DNA from: an uncultured Chloroflexia bacterium
GTDB lineage: Bacteria; Chloroflexota; Anaerolineae; Anaerolineales; UBA4823
Reading direction: 5' to 3'
Length of the DNA: 64,000 nucleotides
Assembly (NCBI GenBank): GCA_963792075.1
Contig: CAWBUW010000007.1
Span: 846,429 to 910,428, forward strand
Below, in pieces: positions 28,752 through 38,569 of the stretch. Numbering within the stretch: the first letter of the stretch is position 1; each line of letters starts with the position of its first letter. The notes under the pieces were generated by a model, which saw nothing but the letters and a program-made list of their open reading frames with translations, was not told where the DNA came from and did not search any database. A program made the translations under genes and the position numbers.

Positions 28752-30857
28752 TTACCCACCACTGTCCAACCGTTTCAGTTCGAAATAGGCCTGGATGATA
28801 CGCCGCACGATCGGGCCCGCCACGGTGGAGCCTTCTTGTCCATTGTATACAAAAGCCACCACCGCAATTTCCGGGTTTTCATAGGGTGCATAAGCCACAG
28901 TCCAGGCATGGGAAGGCCAGGAACCCGGAACGCACAGCTTTTTCTCATTGGCATACTTGTCGCAGTATTCTGCTGTTCCCGTTTTCCCTGCCACTGCAAT
29001 ACCCAGGCTTTGAAAAGCCTCGTCCCCAAAGATCGATTTCAAAGTGCCCTCGGTCACTGCCATGCGCATACCCTTTTGGATTTCTTCAAATACCCACGGC
29101 TGCACTGTCTTCTTTTCACCCGTCGCCCGGCAGCCGCGGATCGTATTATCTTCGTAAACATCAATCTCTGCATCCTTGGTCAAATCCCAACGCATCACCG
29201 GCAAGGTAGGGGTAATCACATTCCCTTCCCCGTCCAGCACCTCCTTCAAAACAGTTGGCTCCATCAACTTGCCATCGTTGGCAATCGTCGCGGCAGACAT
29301 CAGCACCTGTAACGGCGTTGCCAGCGCATACCCCTGGCCCACGCTCATAATATACGTATCGCCGGTCGTCCAGGATTTGCCCTGGTTGATACGCTTCCAA
29401 TCCGGGTCGGGGATGAGGCCGTCGGCAGTGTCGGGTAGTTGGATGCCCGGATACGCACCGTACCCCAATGCCCGCGCATAAGTGCCCAACCGGCAGATGC
29501 CCAGGCCGGGGTTCACTTCATCCTCATAACCACCGCCGACTTTGTAGAAATACACATTGCTCGAATTGGCCACTGCGCCGGTAAAATCGAGCTGGCCGAA
29601 ACCATCCGGGTTGCTCTTATAAATCCAATCCACAAACTCACGCGCCCGACCGGGGTCATTGACATAGAATCGCTCTGCCACCACGATCTTGCCGGGGGTT
29701 TTGATGATCTGGTCAGGGGTAACCACGCCTTCATTCAGAGCTCCGGTCGCAGTCACTAACTTGAATACCGATCCCGCGGGAAGCTCGGCATATACGGCGT
29801 GGTTTCTTAATGGCTCGGTGCTATCTTCAGATAACTGCTTAAAATAATAGGCTGGAATGAAGCGCGCCATGCGGTTGTTCTCATAGGTGGGATAACTCAC
29901 CATCGCCAGGATTTCACCAGTGGTTGGGTTTATCACAATCGCCACCCCGCTGGTCATCTTGGTCTCTCCCAGCCAGGAATTCCAACCATCGATCTCCGAG
30001 GTCAGGATATTGGTCACTGCTTCCTGCAATCGAGTATCGATGGTCAGCTCAAGGTTCATTCCGGGAACCACTGCCAATGGTGGTTTGATGTCGGGCAGGT
30101 ACTGCCCCGCTACGTCGCGCGCCACCACCCTCAGCCCGTTCCGCCCGGCAAGCAGGTCCTGGAAATACAGCTCGACGCCTGCATAACCCACCTTATCTCG
30201 GTTGGGCACGAATCCAAGGGCAATCAAAGCTGGCTCGTCCTTGGCCGGGATCGGTCCCAGGAATCCGATGATATCTGAGGTCAACGAACCGGTCGGATAA
30301 TCTCTGACCGGGACCACTTCTACGTCAATGCCCGTCCACACACTGGATTTTTCTTTCACCAGCATGGCGACATCCTGTTTTACATCGCAGGCGATTCGGA
30401 CTGGCTGGAAAGGTTTCGAATTTTCTCCATAGGAAAAGATTTGTTTTATCCCATGGTCAGAGGTACATTCCACAAAAAGGTTCTCCGGCGTGATTTCATT
30501 CCAACTTACCGGGATGCCTGTCAGCTTTGAGAGCTCGCGCATGATCTCGTCCACCGCTCCGGGATCACTCGGCAGCAGCGCCTGCGTCACGGTGAGATTG
30601 TACGAAGGCACGTTTCTCGCCAGTACGATTCCGTTGCGGTCGTAGATAATCCCACGCTGAGTGGGAATGTTGATCTCGGTTGTCCGGTTCTCTTCCGCTT
30701 GCTGGAAATAAGTGCCGTACTGCACCACCTGCACGTAAAACAGGCGTGCCACATAGATCGAGAATACCAACAGAGACACCCCGGCAAAAGCCAGGATACG
30801 CCATGTTTCCAGGTTATTATTCAAAGTAGTACCGCTATTATTCACGCGACCGGTCAT
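28752..30857 (-). CDS. mrdA: penicillin-binding protein 2 (elongation transpeptidase)
   Basis: SxxK (AGSVFKL), SxN (NSSN) and KTG (GKTGTAE) motifs. The ATG at 30857 overlaps the mreD stop (ATGA). Confidence 0.85.
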   Translation of the reverse strand: MTGRVNNSGTTLNNNLETWRILAFAGVSLLVFSIYVARLFYVQVVQYGTYFQQAEENRTTEINIPTQRGIIYDRNGIVLARNVPSYNLTVTQALLPSDPGAVDEIMRELSKLTGIPVSWNEITPENLFVECTSDHGIKQIFSYGENSKPFQPVRIACDVKQDVAMLVKEKSSVWTGIDVEVVPVRDYPTGSLTSDIIGFLGPIPAKDEPALIALGFVPNRDKVGYAGVELYFQDLLAGRNGLRVVARDVAGQYLPDIKPPLAVVPGMNLELTIDTRLQEAVTNILTSEIDGWNSWLGETKMTSGVAIVINPTTGEILAMVSYPTYENNRMARFIPAYYFKQLSEDSTEPLRNHAVYAELPAGSVFKLVTATGALNEGVVTPDQIIKTPGKIVVAERFYVNDPGRAREFVDWIYKSNPDGFGQLDFTGAVANSSNVYFYKVGGGYEDEVNPGLGICRLGTYARALGYGAYPGIQLPDTADGLIPDPDWKRINQGKSWTTGDTYIMSVGQGYALATPLQVLMSAATIANDGKLMEPTVLKEVLDGEGNVITPTLPVMRWDLTKDAEIDVYEDNTIRGCRATGEKKTVQPWVFEEIQKGMRMAVTEGTLKSIFGDEAFQSLGIAVAGKTGTAEYCDKYANEKKLCVPGSWPSHAWTVAYAPYENPEIAVVAFVYNGQEGSTVAGPIVRRIIQAYFELKRLDSGG

Positions 30858-31357
30858 TCTATAAACTCTTCTGGGTAAGCCCAATTTGCAAGGTCATGGA
30901 TTATGACATACACTGGCGCTGCCAGCATCACATTTAACACCAGGCTGGGCAGCGTGATTAAGTTTAACACATCCATCAACGGCAGCAGTGTACCACCAAA
31001 GGATATTGCCAGCAGCGATGCCAGGTGCACGACCGAGGTACCTACAAAAACCGCAGCAAACATCGCCAGGATCGGCGCTCGCCACACTCGCCGCCGGATG
31101 AGCAGCGCCAGGCCTACTGAGCTCAGGTAAGCCACCGGAAACACCCAAAACGGGAGCGCGGAAACAAAGCCCGCGAGCACTCCACCCACCAACCCCCACC
31201 ACCAGGCCGTACGTACCCGCTCGTGCAGCGCCCAGGCAATCAAAGCCAGCAGCACCAGGTCGGCCGTTCCGTTCAAGAGAGGCATGCGACTCACCACGGC
31301 TGATTGTAAAATGACCAACCCGGCCAACACCGGGAAAGCCAACACGAGCCCCCACAT
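30854..31357 (-). CDS. mreD: rod shape-determining protein MreD
   Basis: 167-aa polytopic membrane protein between mreC and mrdA. Confidence 0.7.
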   Translation of the reverse strand: MWGLVLAFPVLAGLVILQSAVVSRMPLLNGTADLVLLALIAWALHERVRTAWWWGLVGGVLAGFVSALPFWVFPVAYLSSVGLALLIRRRVWRAPILAMFAAVFVGTSVVHLASLLAISFGGTLLPLMDVLNLITLPSLVLNVMLAAPVYVIIHDLANWAYPEEFIE

Positions 31358-31359
31358 GC

Positions 31360-32199
31360 TTACGGTGTTCCGGACGGGATCAACGGCGAAACATCCACCG
31401 GCTTGAAGTTGATAATCACCAGCACAATCTCCAATCTGGCAAAATCAACCGCGGGCTGCACTGCGGCTGACTGAAACAGGTCAAAATCACGCTTACGCAC
31501 ACTCGTCACCTGTCCTACCACCAGGTTCGGCGGGTAATTCCCTCCCAGGCCCGAAGTCACGATGAGCTCGCCGGGTTCCACATTCGCACTTTGCGGGACC
31601 ATTTCCAAAGTCACTTCGCTCGTGATCTGTCCCTGCAGCACCGCTTCAGCATCAGCCTGCTGCAGGTGAACGTTGATGGATGAAGATGGGTCTGTAATCA
31701 ACTGTACCCGCGCCGCGCTGGATGTCACCGCGGCGATATGACCAACCAGCCCCTGGTTGGTCACGATTGGCATGCCACGCCGTAAGCCGTCATCTGAGCC
31801 TCGATTGATGATGACATAGCGCAGGAACGGGCTGGTATCATACCCGATCACCGCTGCGGCAATATAGCGGTTGTCTGCGCGCGAGCGGGCATAATCCACC
31901 AGCGTCGAAAGCACAGCCGCCACTTGCACTTGCTGCTGCAGTTCGATCACCTGGATTTGCAGGCGTGAATTCTCCGCTTCCAGCTCTGAAATCTGAGCGC
32001 GCAGGACGGCAAGGTCGCTTGGCGCAGTGGTGAACTCCTGGATCGCCTGAAAACGTTCGGACAGCCAGGTCTGTGCATTGACCAGCGGTCCCAGCACCAG
32101 GCGCGTCACTGGCGTCAGGTAGCCGCTCAAAGCCAGGATCACCAACCCTACGGCCACCAGCGCAAAAAATCCAAGCTGCCAGCGGTTCGATATTTTCAT
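31360..32199 (-). CDS. mreC: rod shape-determining protein MreC
   Basis: N-terminal TM helix, a coiled-coil (LRAQISELEAENSRLQIQVIELQQQ) and a beta-barrel domain. Confidence 0.85.
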   Translation of the reverse strand: MKISNRWQLGFFALVAVGLVILALSGYLTPVTRLVLGPLVNAQTWLSERFQAIQEFTTAPSDLAVLRAQISELEAENSRLQIQVIELQQQVQVAAVLSTLVDYARSRADNRYIAAAVIGYDTSPFLRYVIINRGSDDGLRRGMPIVTNQGLVGHIAAVTSSAARVQLITDPSSSINVHLQQADAEAVLQGQITSEVTLEMVPQSANVEPGELIVTSGLGGNYPPNLVVGQVTSVRKRDFDLFQSAAVQPAVDFARLEIVLVIINFKPVDVSPLIPSGTP

Positions 32200-32238
32200 T
32201 CGTTCAAGCTGCCTGGGGCCTTTTGCCCGGGCGGTTGT

Positions 32239-33312
32239 TTACAGGCCCTTCCTCGAAGATGGCGTGCGCTCTAAGCCCACCAACAGGTGGCTCAGGTGAT
32301 CGTAATCTTCCAGGATCATTCCCGCGCCGCGTGCCACGCAGCTCAAGGGGTCTTCTGCTACCCATACCCGGATGTGCAGCTCATCCTGCAGCCTCCGGTC
32401 CAAGCCCAGCAGCAGCGCTCCGCCGCCTGCCAGGCACAGGCCAGTATCCATTAGATCAGCCACGATCTCAGGGGGCGTTTCATCCAAGGCATCCTTGATC
32501 GTTTCCACAATCGTGTCTACTGAATTGGAGATCGCTTCACGTATTTCCACTGAAGAGACCTCAACGCTCTCAGGCAGGCCAGAGACCAGGTTGCGCCCGC
32601 GCAGCACCACCGTTTTTTCCTCGGGCAGGTGGTAAGCAGAACCTACCTGCATCTTCGCCTGTTCAGCGATCCGCTCGCCGATCAGCAGGTTGTATTTGTT
32701 GCGCATGTACATGACGATATCCTGATCCATTTCATCGCCGGCCACACGCAGCGAGCGGGAGACCACGATCCCACCCATTGAAATGACGGCTACTTCCGAA
32801 GTGCCACCGCCGATATCGACGATCATCGAGCCGCGGATTTCAGAGACCGGCAAACCCGCACCCAGTGCAGCGGCTTTCGGTTCTTCGATCAAACCGACTT
32901 CGCGCGCCCCGGCAGACATGGCTGCATCGTACACTGCACGCTTTTCAACTTCGGTCGCGCCCGAGGGAATACCCACGACCACTCGTGGTCGCGGCACAGG
33001 CACAATCGTTTGCCGGTGCGCTTTTTCGATGAAATATTCCAACATCGCCTGGGTGATCTCAAATTCCGAAATCACGCCATCACGCAATGGGCGAATCGCG
33101 ACAACATTGGCCGGCGTGCGACCGACCATCTCTTTAGCTTCTGCGCCAATTGCCAGCGGCACTCGCGTGCGCTTGTCAATCGCCACCCAGGAAGGCTCGT
33201 TGAGCACGATACCTTTCCCCCGCACATTCACCAACGTATTCGCCGTACCCAGGTCAATCCCAATATCCAGGGAAAAGAACCCAAGCAGCCAGTTGAGTGG
33301 ATTGAAGGCCAA
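32239..33312 (-). CDS. mreB: actin-like rod shape-determining protein MreB
   Basis: IGIDLGTANTLV... MreB sequence along its full length. Confidence 0.95.
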   Translation of the reverse strand: MAFNPLNWLLGFFSLDIGIDLGTANTLVNVRGKGIVLNEPSWVAIDKRTRVPLAIGAEAKEMVGRTPANVVAIRPLRDGVISEFEITQAMLEYFIEKAHRQTIVPVPRPRVVVGIPSGATEVEKRAVYDAAMSAGAREVGLIEEPKAAALGAGLPVSEIRGSMIVDIGGGTSEVAVISMGGIVVSRSLRVAGDEMDQDIVMYMRNKYNLLIGERIAEQAKMQVGSAYHLPEEKTVVLRGRNLVSGLPESVEVSSVEIREAISNSVDTIVETIKDALDETPPEIVADLMDTGLCLAGGGALLLGLDRRLQDELHIRVWVAEDPLSCVARGAGMILEDYDHLSHLLVGLERTPSSRKGL

Positions 33313-33484
33313 ATTGTTCTCCCACGATCTTTGCGAGTTGCGGTGTGCACGTGATTACGGCGCGAGATACCACCCCAGCACATACACTCCAATTCACAAA
33401 GTTTATTATACCAGAGGAATAATTGAGATGTTGCCAAGGTGCACAGCCCACACTCGCGGGGGTTATGCACCTTATAACCCTAAC

Positions 33485-34570
33485 CTACCCTTCGCCGCGG
33501 ATGTACGCTTCGGTCATCTCGCGGGCAATGTCATCTTTGAACTGCTTGGGAGGGGTTTTCATAAAGTACGAAGCTGGCGCATACAGCGGGCCGGATAAGC
33601 CGCGGTCCAAAGCCAGTTTGATGCAGCGCACTGCATCGATGATCACGCCTGCCGAATTGGGTGAATCCCAAACTTCCAGCTTGCCTTCGAAGTTCAACGG
33701 CACATCGCCGAAAGTCGTCCCCTCCATGCGGATGTAGCACCACTTACGGTCCGTCAGCCAGGGCACGTAATCGCTTGGGCCGACGTGGATATCCCCTTCG
33801 GGCAGTGTGTAAGGCAGCATGCTCGTCACAGCGCCCGTCTTCGAAATCTTCTTCGATTCCAGCCGCTCCCGTTCCAGCATGTTCATAAAATCCGTGTTCC
33901 CGCCGAAGTTGAGCTGGTAAGTGCGATCCAGGCGCACGCCGCGGTCCACAAACAGGCTGGTCAGCACGCGATGCAGGATCGTCGCACCCACCTGGCTCTT
34001 GATATCGTCGCCAATGATCGGCAGGCCGCGGTCCTTGAAGCGCTTGCCCCAGTATTCCGAGCTGGCGATGAACACCGGGATGGCATTCACCAATCCACAA
34101 CCTGCTTCAAGCACCTGTTCCACATACCATTTTGTCGCCATTTCAGAGCCGACAGGCAGGTAGGAGACGACCACATCCGTCTTGGTCTCTTTCAAAATCC
34201 CGACAATATCGGCGGTCGGGCCGGGCGCTTTCTTCAAGATCTGGGAGAGATATTTGCCCAGGCCATCGTGGGTCATACCGCGCGATACTTTCACGCCCAG
34301 GTGCGGCACCTGAGTAAATTTATAAGTGTTGTTCGGGTAAGCGTAAATTGCTTCAGACAGATCCAACCCAACCTTGGTATCCACAACGTCAAAAGCAGCC
34401 GTAAACTCAATATCGCTCACGTGATAGCCACCCAGGTTGACGTGCATCAAGCCGGGAACACGGTCTTCTTCCTTCGCATCCCGGTAATAATGGACTCCCT
34501 GGATAAAAGAGGAGGCGCAGTTCCCTACGCCCACAATGGCTACACGTACTTTCTTCTTCTTTTCAACCAT
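33485..34570 (-). CDS. ino1: myo-inositol-1-phosphate (inositol-3-phosphate) synthase
   Basis: ORF trimmed to [25 protein letters not shown] behind GGAGG. It has the NAD-binding N-terminus and the typical bacterial/archaeal MIPS length. Confidence 0.85.
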   Translation of the reverse strand: MVEKKKKVRVAIVGVGNCASSFIQGVHYYRDAKEEDRVPGLMHVNLGGYHVSDIEFTAAFDVVDTKVGLDLSEAIYAYPNNTYKFTQVPHLGVKVSRGMTHDGLGKYLSQILKKAPGPTADIVGILKETKTDVVVSYLPVGSEMATKWYVEQVLEAGCGLVNAIPVFIASSEYWGKRFKDRGLPIIGDDIKSQVGATILHRVLTSLFVDRGVRLDRTYQLNFGGNTDFMNMLERERLESKKISKTGAVTSMLPYTLPEGDIHVGPSDYVPWLTDRKWCYIRMEGTTFGDVPLNFEGKLEVWDSPNSAGVIIDAVRCIKLALDRGLSGPLYAPASYFMKTPPKQFKDDIAREMTEAYIRGEG

Positions 34571-34656
34571 AACAATTTCCTCCACGAATAATTTTTTCCT
34601 GAGGGTGGCAGCCCCACCCAACCGCGCTAATTTTACCACTATGCTATAATCTGCCT

Positions 34657-35937
34657 ATGCCCCCAGTAGACTCCAACGTCAAGCTCCGCCGCCTGGAGCA
34701 CCTCGGTGAGCTCAGTCGCTCTCTGGCCCGGTTTCCCGATATGGAAACCCTGCTCACCTCGGTCATCGAGATTGCTTGCGACCAGTGTGAATGCGAGTTT
34801 GCTGCCATCCTGCTCTTTGAACAAGAAACTGAAACGCTAAAATATGTAGCCGGGCCACTCGCTTACCGAGAGGGCATCAAACGCCTGCGCGTCCCCATCG
34901 AAGCCAGCGTGGATGGCATCGTCTACAAGACTTCCAAGCCTCTCGTCATCCCTAACGCCATCTCCGACCCTCGCCTGTACCGGGAGGCCGAGCAAGAACT
35001 CAAGCTCACCGTTTATAACCTGGCCATCGTGCCCCTGGTATTCAAAAGCCAGACGATTGGCGTGTTCGAAGCCGCCAACAAGCTCGCCATGCTGGACTTC
35101 ACGCCCGACGACTTACAGGTTTTGGAAACCCTCGCCGCCCAGGTAGCCCTGGTGACTCTGTCCAACCTGCTGCTGGAGGAAGTCCAGCACGCCTATGATG
35201 AGGTTCAGACCCTGGACCAGCTCAAATCGAACTTCATCGCCATAGCCTCGCACGAGCTGCGCACTCCGCTGGGGCTGGTAATTGGCCACGCCTCAATGCT
35301 CCAGGAAATCATCACCGATGAATTCCAGCTTAGCCAGCTTGAGGTGATCATCCGCGCAGCCAACCGCCTTAAATCGATCATGGAAGACCTGGCCAATGTG
35401 AACAACTTCCAGGCCGGTACCACCAGCCTGCGGCACAATTTCATCTCCATCAACGAGCTGGTGCAAAAAACCCTGGCAAGTTATGGCCCATCTGCCCAGC
35501 GCAAAGGGATCAGCCTGACCAGCCGCATGCTTGAGCATGAGCTGGTGGTCGATGCCGATGAAGAAAAGATCGCCATCGCCCTGAACAATATCGTGGCCAA
35601 TGCGCTGACCTTCACAGACGGAGGAGGCCATGTAGTCATCTCAGCTGAAAGGCTGCCAGGGTACATCCAGGTTTCGATTGCAGATGATGGCATTGGCATT
35701 CCTGTCAAAGACCTGCCGCACGTCTTCGACCGCTTTTTCCAGGTGCAGTCGCACCTTACCCGCCAGCATGGCGGCATGGGGTTGGGCTTGACCGTCGCAA
35801 AAGCCATGGTAGAGCTGCACAAAGGCCAGATTTGGGCCGAATCCCTTGAAGGGCGCGGCAGTAAATTCACTTTTCTCCTCCCCACCCAGCCCATCGGCCA
35901 GCCTTCCAAGCACGTCCCCGCCTTCGATTTCAGTTAA
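34657..35937 (+). CDS. GAF-domain sensor histidine kinase
   Basis: N-terminal GAF-like region, H-box SHELRTPL, N-box IALNNIVANALTF and G-boxes DDGIGI / GGMGLGL. Confidence 0.85.
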   Translation: MPPVDSNVKLRRLEHLGELSRSLARFPDMETLLTSVIEIACDQCECEFAAILLFEQETETLKYVAGPLAYREGIKRLRVPIEASVDGIVYKTSKPLVIPNAISDPRLYREAEQELKLTVYNLAIVPLVFKSQTIGVFEAANKLAMLDFTPDDLQVLETLAAQVALVTLSNLLLEEVQHAYDEVQTLDQLKSNFIAIASHELRTPLGLVIGHASMLQEIITDEFQLSQLEVIIRAANRLKSIMEDLANVNNFQAGTTSLRHNFISINELVQKTLASYGPSAQRKGISLTSRMLEHELVVDADEEKIAIALNNIVANALTFTDGGGHVVISAERLPGYIQVSIADDGIGIPVKDLPHVFDRFFQVQSHLTRQHGGMGLGLTVAKAMVELHKGQIWAESLEGRGSKFTFLLPTQPIGQPSKHVPAFDFS

Positions 35938-35996
35938 TCTCGCATCGGCATCATTCTTGCAACCCCTGAGGAACTTCAAATCCCAGGAGAATTTGC

Positions 35997-36674
35997 ATGC
36001 CCTTTCAGCCCCAGGGTTACCCATCTCACAACCCGTCAAACCCGCCAGCCTTTCCCGAAAACCTTCTGGCGATGCCAGACTCAACCCGCGAGATGGTGTC
36101 AGCGCTGTTGGATTTAATCTCACGATATGACCTGGAAACCCTGGAGCACTGTCAACGCTCTGCCCTGCTTGCGATCCAGGTTGCCCATCTCATTGCCATC
36201 CCTGAAGGAGAGTTCCCGGCGTTATATGCTGGTGCACTGCTCCACGATATTGGCAAATTGGGAATTCCTGAACAGATCATCATGAAACCCGGACCGCTCA
36301 CCGGACCCGAGCGCACGATCGTAGAAATGCACCCGGTCTTTGCTTACCATCTGCTCAATTCCATTCCTGAGCTACACTCGGTGGTGGATATTCCCCATCT
36401 GCACCATGAAAAATGGGATGGTTCCGGCTACCCCTGCCGCTTGCGCGGCCCTGCCATCCCCGTCTCCGCCCGTCTGTTCGCCATCATCGATGTTTGGGAT
36501 GCGCTCACCAGCCCGCGTCCCTATCGCCCCGCCTGGCCCGCCCGAGAAGCGCACCTGCACCTGGTCCAAAACGCCGGCAGTCACTTTGATCCTGAGCTCG
36601 TCCCGGTCTTTCTCGACCTCAGTCCTGCTCCTGCTTCTGATCCTTTCACCTCTCAAATCCTACCGTGGAACTGA
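35997..36674 (+). CDS. HD-GYP domain protein (putative c-di-GMP phosphodiesterase)
   Basis: HDIGK and HHEKWDGSGYP motifs. Confidence 0.85.
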   Translation: MPFQPQGYPSHNPSNPPAFPENLLAMPDSTREMVSALLDLISRYDLETLEHCQRSALLAIQVAHLIAIPEGEFPALYAGALLHDIGKLGIPEQIIMKPGPLTGPERTIVEMHPVFAYHLLNSIPELHSVVDIPHLHHEKWDGSGYPCRLRGPAIPVSARLFAIIDVWDALTSPRPYRPAWPAREAHLHLVQNAGSHFDPELVPVFLDLSPAPASDPFTSQILPWN

Positions 36675-36689
36675 CCCTGTTAAACGGGT

Positions 36690-36891
36690 ATTGTGGCATG
36701 CGAAGACGCATGCCACAATCATGGCTATTTCAAGAAAGCTTGACATTTGAGGGGTCTGGGGTTGTAGCAGTGGCAATGCCACTGCTACAACCCCAGTTTT
36801 CGTGAGAAGCCCCTCCCTGGCGCACGCAGTGCGCCAGGGAGGGGTTGGGGTAGGGCTTTGGCGATGGCTTTTTCATTCTTGAAAAAGCCAT
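36690..36891. repeat. four consecutive perfect hairpins
   Basis: 36690-36719 (13-bp stem), 36758-36794 (17-bp stem followed by TTTT, likely the HD-GYP terminator), 36810-36844 (15-bp stem) and 36864-36891 (12-bp stem). Confidence 0.75.
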
Positions 36892-36910
36892 TATGCCACA
36901 ATACCCGCCC

Positions 36911-36939
36911 TTGTCAAACACCCCCCGGTGTTGTATAAT
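36911..36939 (+). promoter_or_regulatory. sigma70-like promoter for tRNA-Pro (TTGTCA-17 nt-TATAAT)
   Basis: ttgtca at 36911-36916, a 17-nt spacer and tataat at 36934-36939, ~45 nt upstream of the tRNA. Confidence 0.55.
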
Positions 36940-36985
36940 CCCTCCGCCCTGACAAAGGCGCATCGCGCAACCCGACAGTCAGCGG

Positions 36986-37060
36986 TTTTACAATTCGGGG
37001 TGTGGCTCAGCCCGGCTAGAGCGCACGGTTCGGGTCCGTGAGGTCGGAGGTTCAAATCCT
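36986..37060 (+). tRNA. tRNA-Pro (anticodon CGG)
   Basis: Manual cloverleaf. Acceptor stem CGGGGTG/CACCCCG, D-arm GCTC-AGCCCGGCTA-GAGC and anticodon arm CACGG-TTCGGGT-CCGTG. Variable loop AGGTC, T-arm GGAGG-TTCAAAT-CCTCT, discriminator A. Confidence 0.9.
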
Positions 37061-37070
37061 CTCACCCCGA

Positions 37071-37134
37071 CAACCCCCAAGCCGCCCGCCTTCTTAGGCG
37101 GGCGGCGTCACACACGCAGCCCCCAGCCTTCTTA
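37071..37134 (+). repeat. two GC hairpins with identical TTCTTA loops just 3' of tRNA-Pro
   Basis: gccgcccgcc-ttctta-ggcgggcggc (37071-37096) and gcccccagcc-ttctta-ggctgggggc (37109-37134). Confidence 0.7.
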
Positions 37135-37419
37135 GGCTGGGGGCGGAGTGGTGTGGGGGTGGCGGGTGGAGTGCGGCTTTTGCCTGAGCGTTCACGAATG
37201 AGCGCCAAGCGAATGAGTGCGAAGGCAAAAAAGGGGGAGGCTGAGGCTAGGGGGTGAGAGAGAAATTATCTTACCTGGCTCTCTGACGTCTGACACCACA
37301 GCCTGACCAGGTGCATGGCTTCGAAGGGTTGAACCTACCCTGCAACAAAAATTGTCGTTACCCCCTCTCCAGATACAAAATCCATTGCATTTCACCGGCT
37401 TAGCCGGCGCGCTGATTAC

Positions 37420-37442
37420 CGGCAAGCCAGGTCAACCGCAGG
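37420..37442 (+). repeat. REP-like hairpin element, degenerate copy
   Basis: GGTCAAC-CGCAG-GTTGCCC-CTCC. It has one stem mismatch, and CTCC replaces CTAC. Confidence 0.4.
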
Positions 37443-37764
37443 TTGCCCCTCCTGGATGAACCACAAGACACGAACAGCCCACCGGGGCTGTGGAACGTGC
37501 GAACCAACCGAACGAGAATAAGAACCGGCGTGATGTATTGAAAATGCGTGGGCCTGGTTTCTGCTGACCAGGTGCAACAAGAGCGAAGAAGGCGGGCAGC
37601 GCGAAGCGCCGCTGTAACGATGGCGCGCTGTGATTGGGGGGGTTGGCTGGTGCGACGGCTGAAAACGGATAAACCAGATTGAGAAGCCGGGGAGGCTTCC
37701 GAGCCCGGCGAACAAGCGACGGAGCAAACCGAGAAGAAGAACCGGCGCAGGTCAACCACAGGTT

Positions 37765-37787
37765 GGGCAACCGCAAGTTGCCCCTAC
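37765..37787 (+). repeat. REP-like hairpin element (hairpin + CTAC; GTAG + hairpin on the minus strand)
   Basis: GGGCAAC-CGCAA-GTTGCCC-CTAC. Confidence 0.6.
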
Positions 37788-37866
37788 AAGCCGGGAATGT
37801 GATTACCGGCTAAGAAAAAACGGAGTTAGTTTTAGCCTGGGGCATCCTGGCGGGGGTGGCTGTGGA

Positions 37867-38271
37867 TTATGAGAAATCCGGATCCGCGGGATCGGGGGGA
37901 TCCTCGGCTTCGAAGCCTGCGTTGGTGAGATCATCCAACAGGGTGACGGCCTGGCGGATGGCGTTTAGAAGGTCGGATTGGTTGCCGGTCAAGCGGTGTT
38001 CTGTTTCTATAAGCCTGGCAAGGGTGGCGCTGGCTTTGCTGAGCACGGTAAGGGTATTTGCAAGATCGGGGGCGGATTGGCGTTTGATCTTGGAAAGCAA
38101 GCGGGCAATGATGACCCGGAGCATGACGATCTCATTCACCAGGGTATGGGCGGGGTCTTTGATGTCGGTGTCTGTGAAATACTGCTGGTAAAGGCCGTGT
38201 TTCAGGGCGTTGGTGTTGCCTGGCTGTGCTCCACGTCGCTTAGGTGATTTGCTCAAAGTTTTCTTTTTCAT
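37867..38271 (-). CDS. phage-associated basic protein with a GNTNALKHG motif
   Basis: ORF trimmed to MKKKTLSKSPKRRGAQPGNTNALKHGLY. I recall this motif from small phage DNA-binding or packaging proteins, but that is unverified. The C-terminal tail is acidic. Confidence 0.4.
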   Translation of the reverse strand: MKKKTLSKSPKRRGAQPGNTNALKHGLYQQYFTDTDIKDPAHTLVNEIVMLRVIIARLLSKIKRQSAPDLANTLTVLSKASATLARLIETEHRLTGNQSDLLNAIRQAVTLLDDLTNAGFEAEDPPDPADPDFS

Positions 38272-38569
38272 AGGCAAGGCAGGAAGAACAAACCAGGTAA
38301 CGAATGGGGGTAAGGTAATTCTGCTCTGGGTCAAGGATAACGGTAATGATGGCAGCGACGGCGGGAGCGCCACAAACGCAAAGGGGCAAGGGAAAACGCC
38401 GCAGCTTTGCTGTGCCCATACAGGCTTGCCAAGGCTTGCCGGTCTTTGATCGACCGGCAAGAGCTTGACACCTGGGACAGATCATTGAAGCGATATCGGC
38501 GCGCTCTGTGGCTTCGAAGGGCAGCCCGCAAAGCTGGCAGGGCGGGGCTATGATGAATTTGGCGGGCAT
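38240..38569 (-). CDS. Cys-rich zinc-ribbon-like protein
   Basis: The ATG at 38569 shares one nt with the upstream stop (TGATG). It has CQLCG...CPRCQ and CVCG...CSSC pairs. Confidence 0.35.
   Translation of the reverse strand: MPAKFIIAPPCQLCGLPFEATERADIASMICPRCQALAGRSKTGKPWQACMGTAKLRRFPLPLCVCGAPAVAAIITVILDPEQNYLTPIRYLVCSSCLAYEKENFEQIT

Noticed and set aside
37192-37776. Overlapping minus-strand ORFs next to tRNA-Pro as remnants of an integrase
   Set aside because: No tyrosine- or serine-recombinase motifs are recognisable. Three frames overlap and the sequences are low-complexity.
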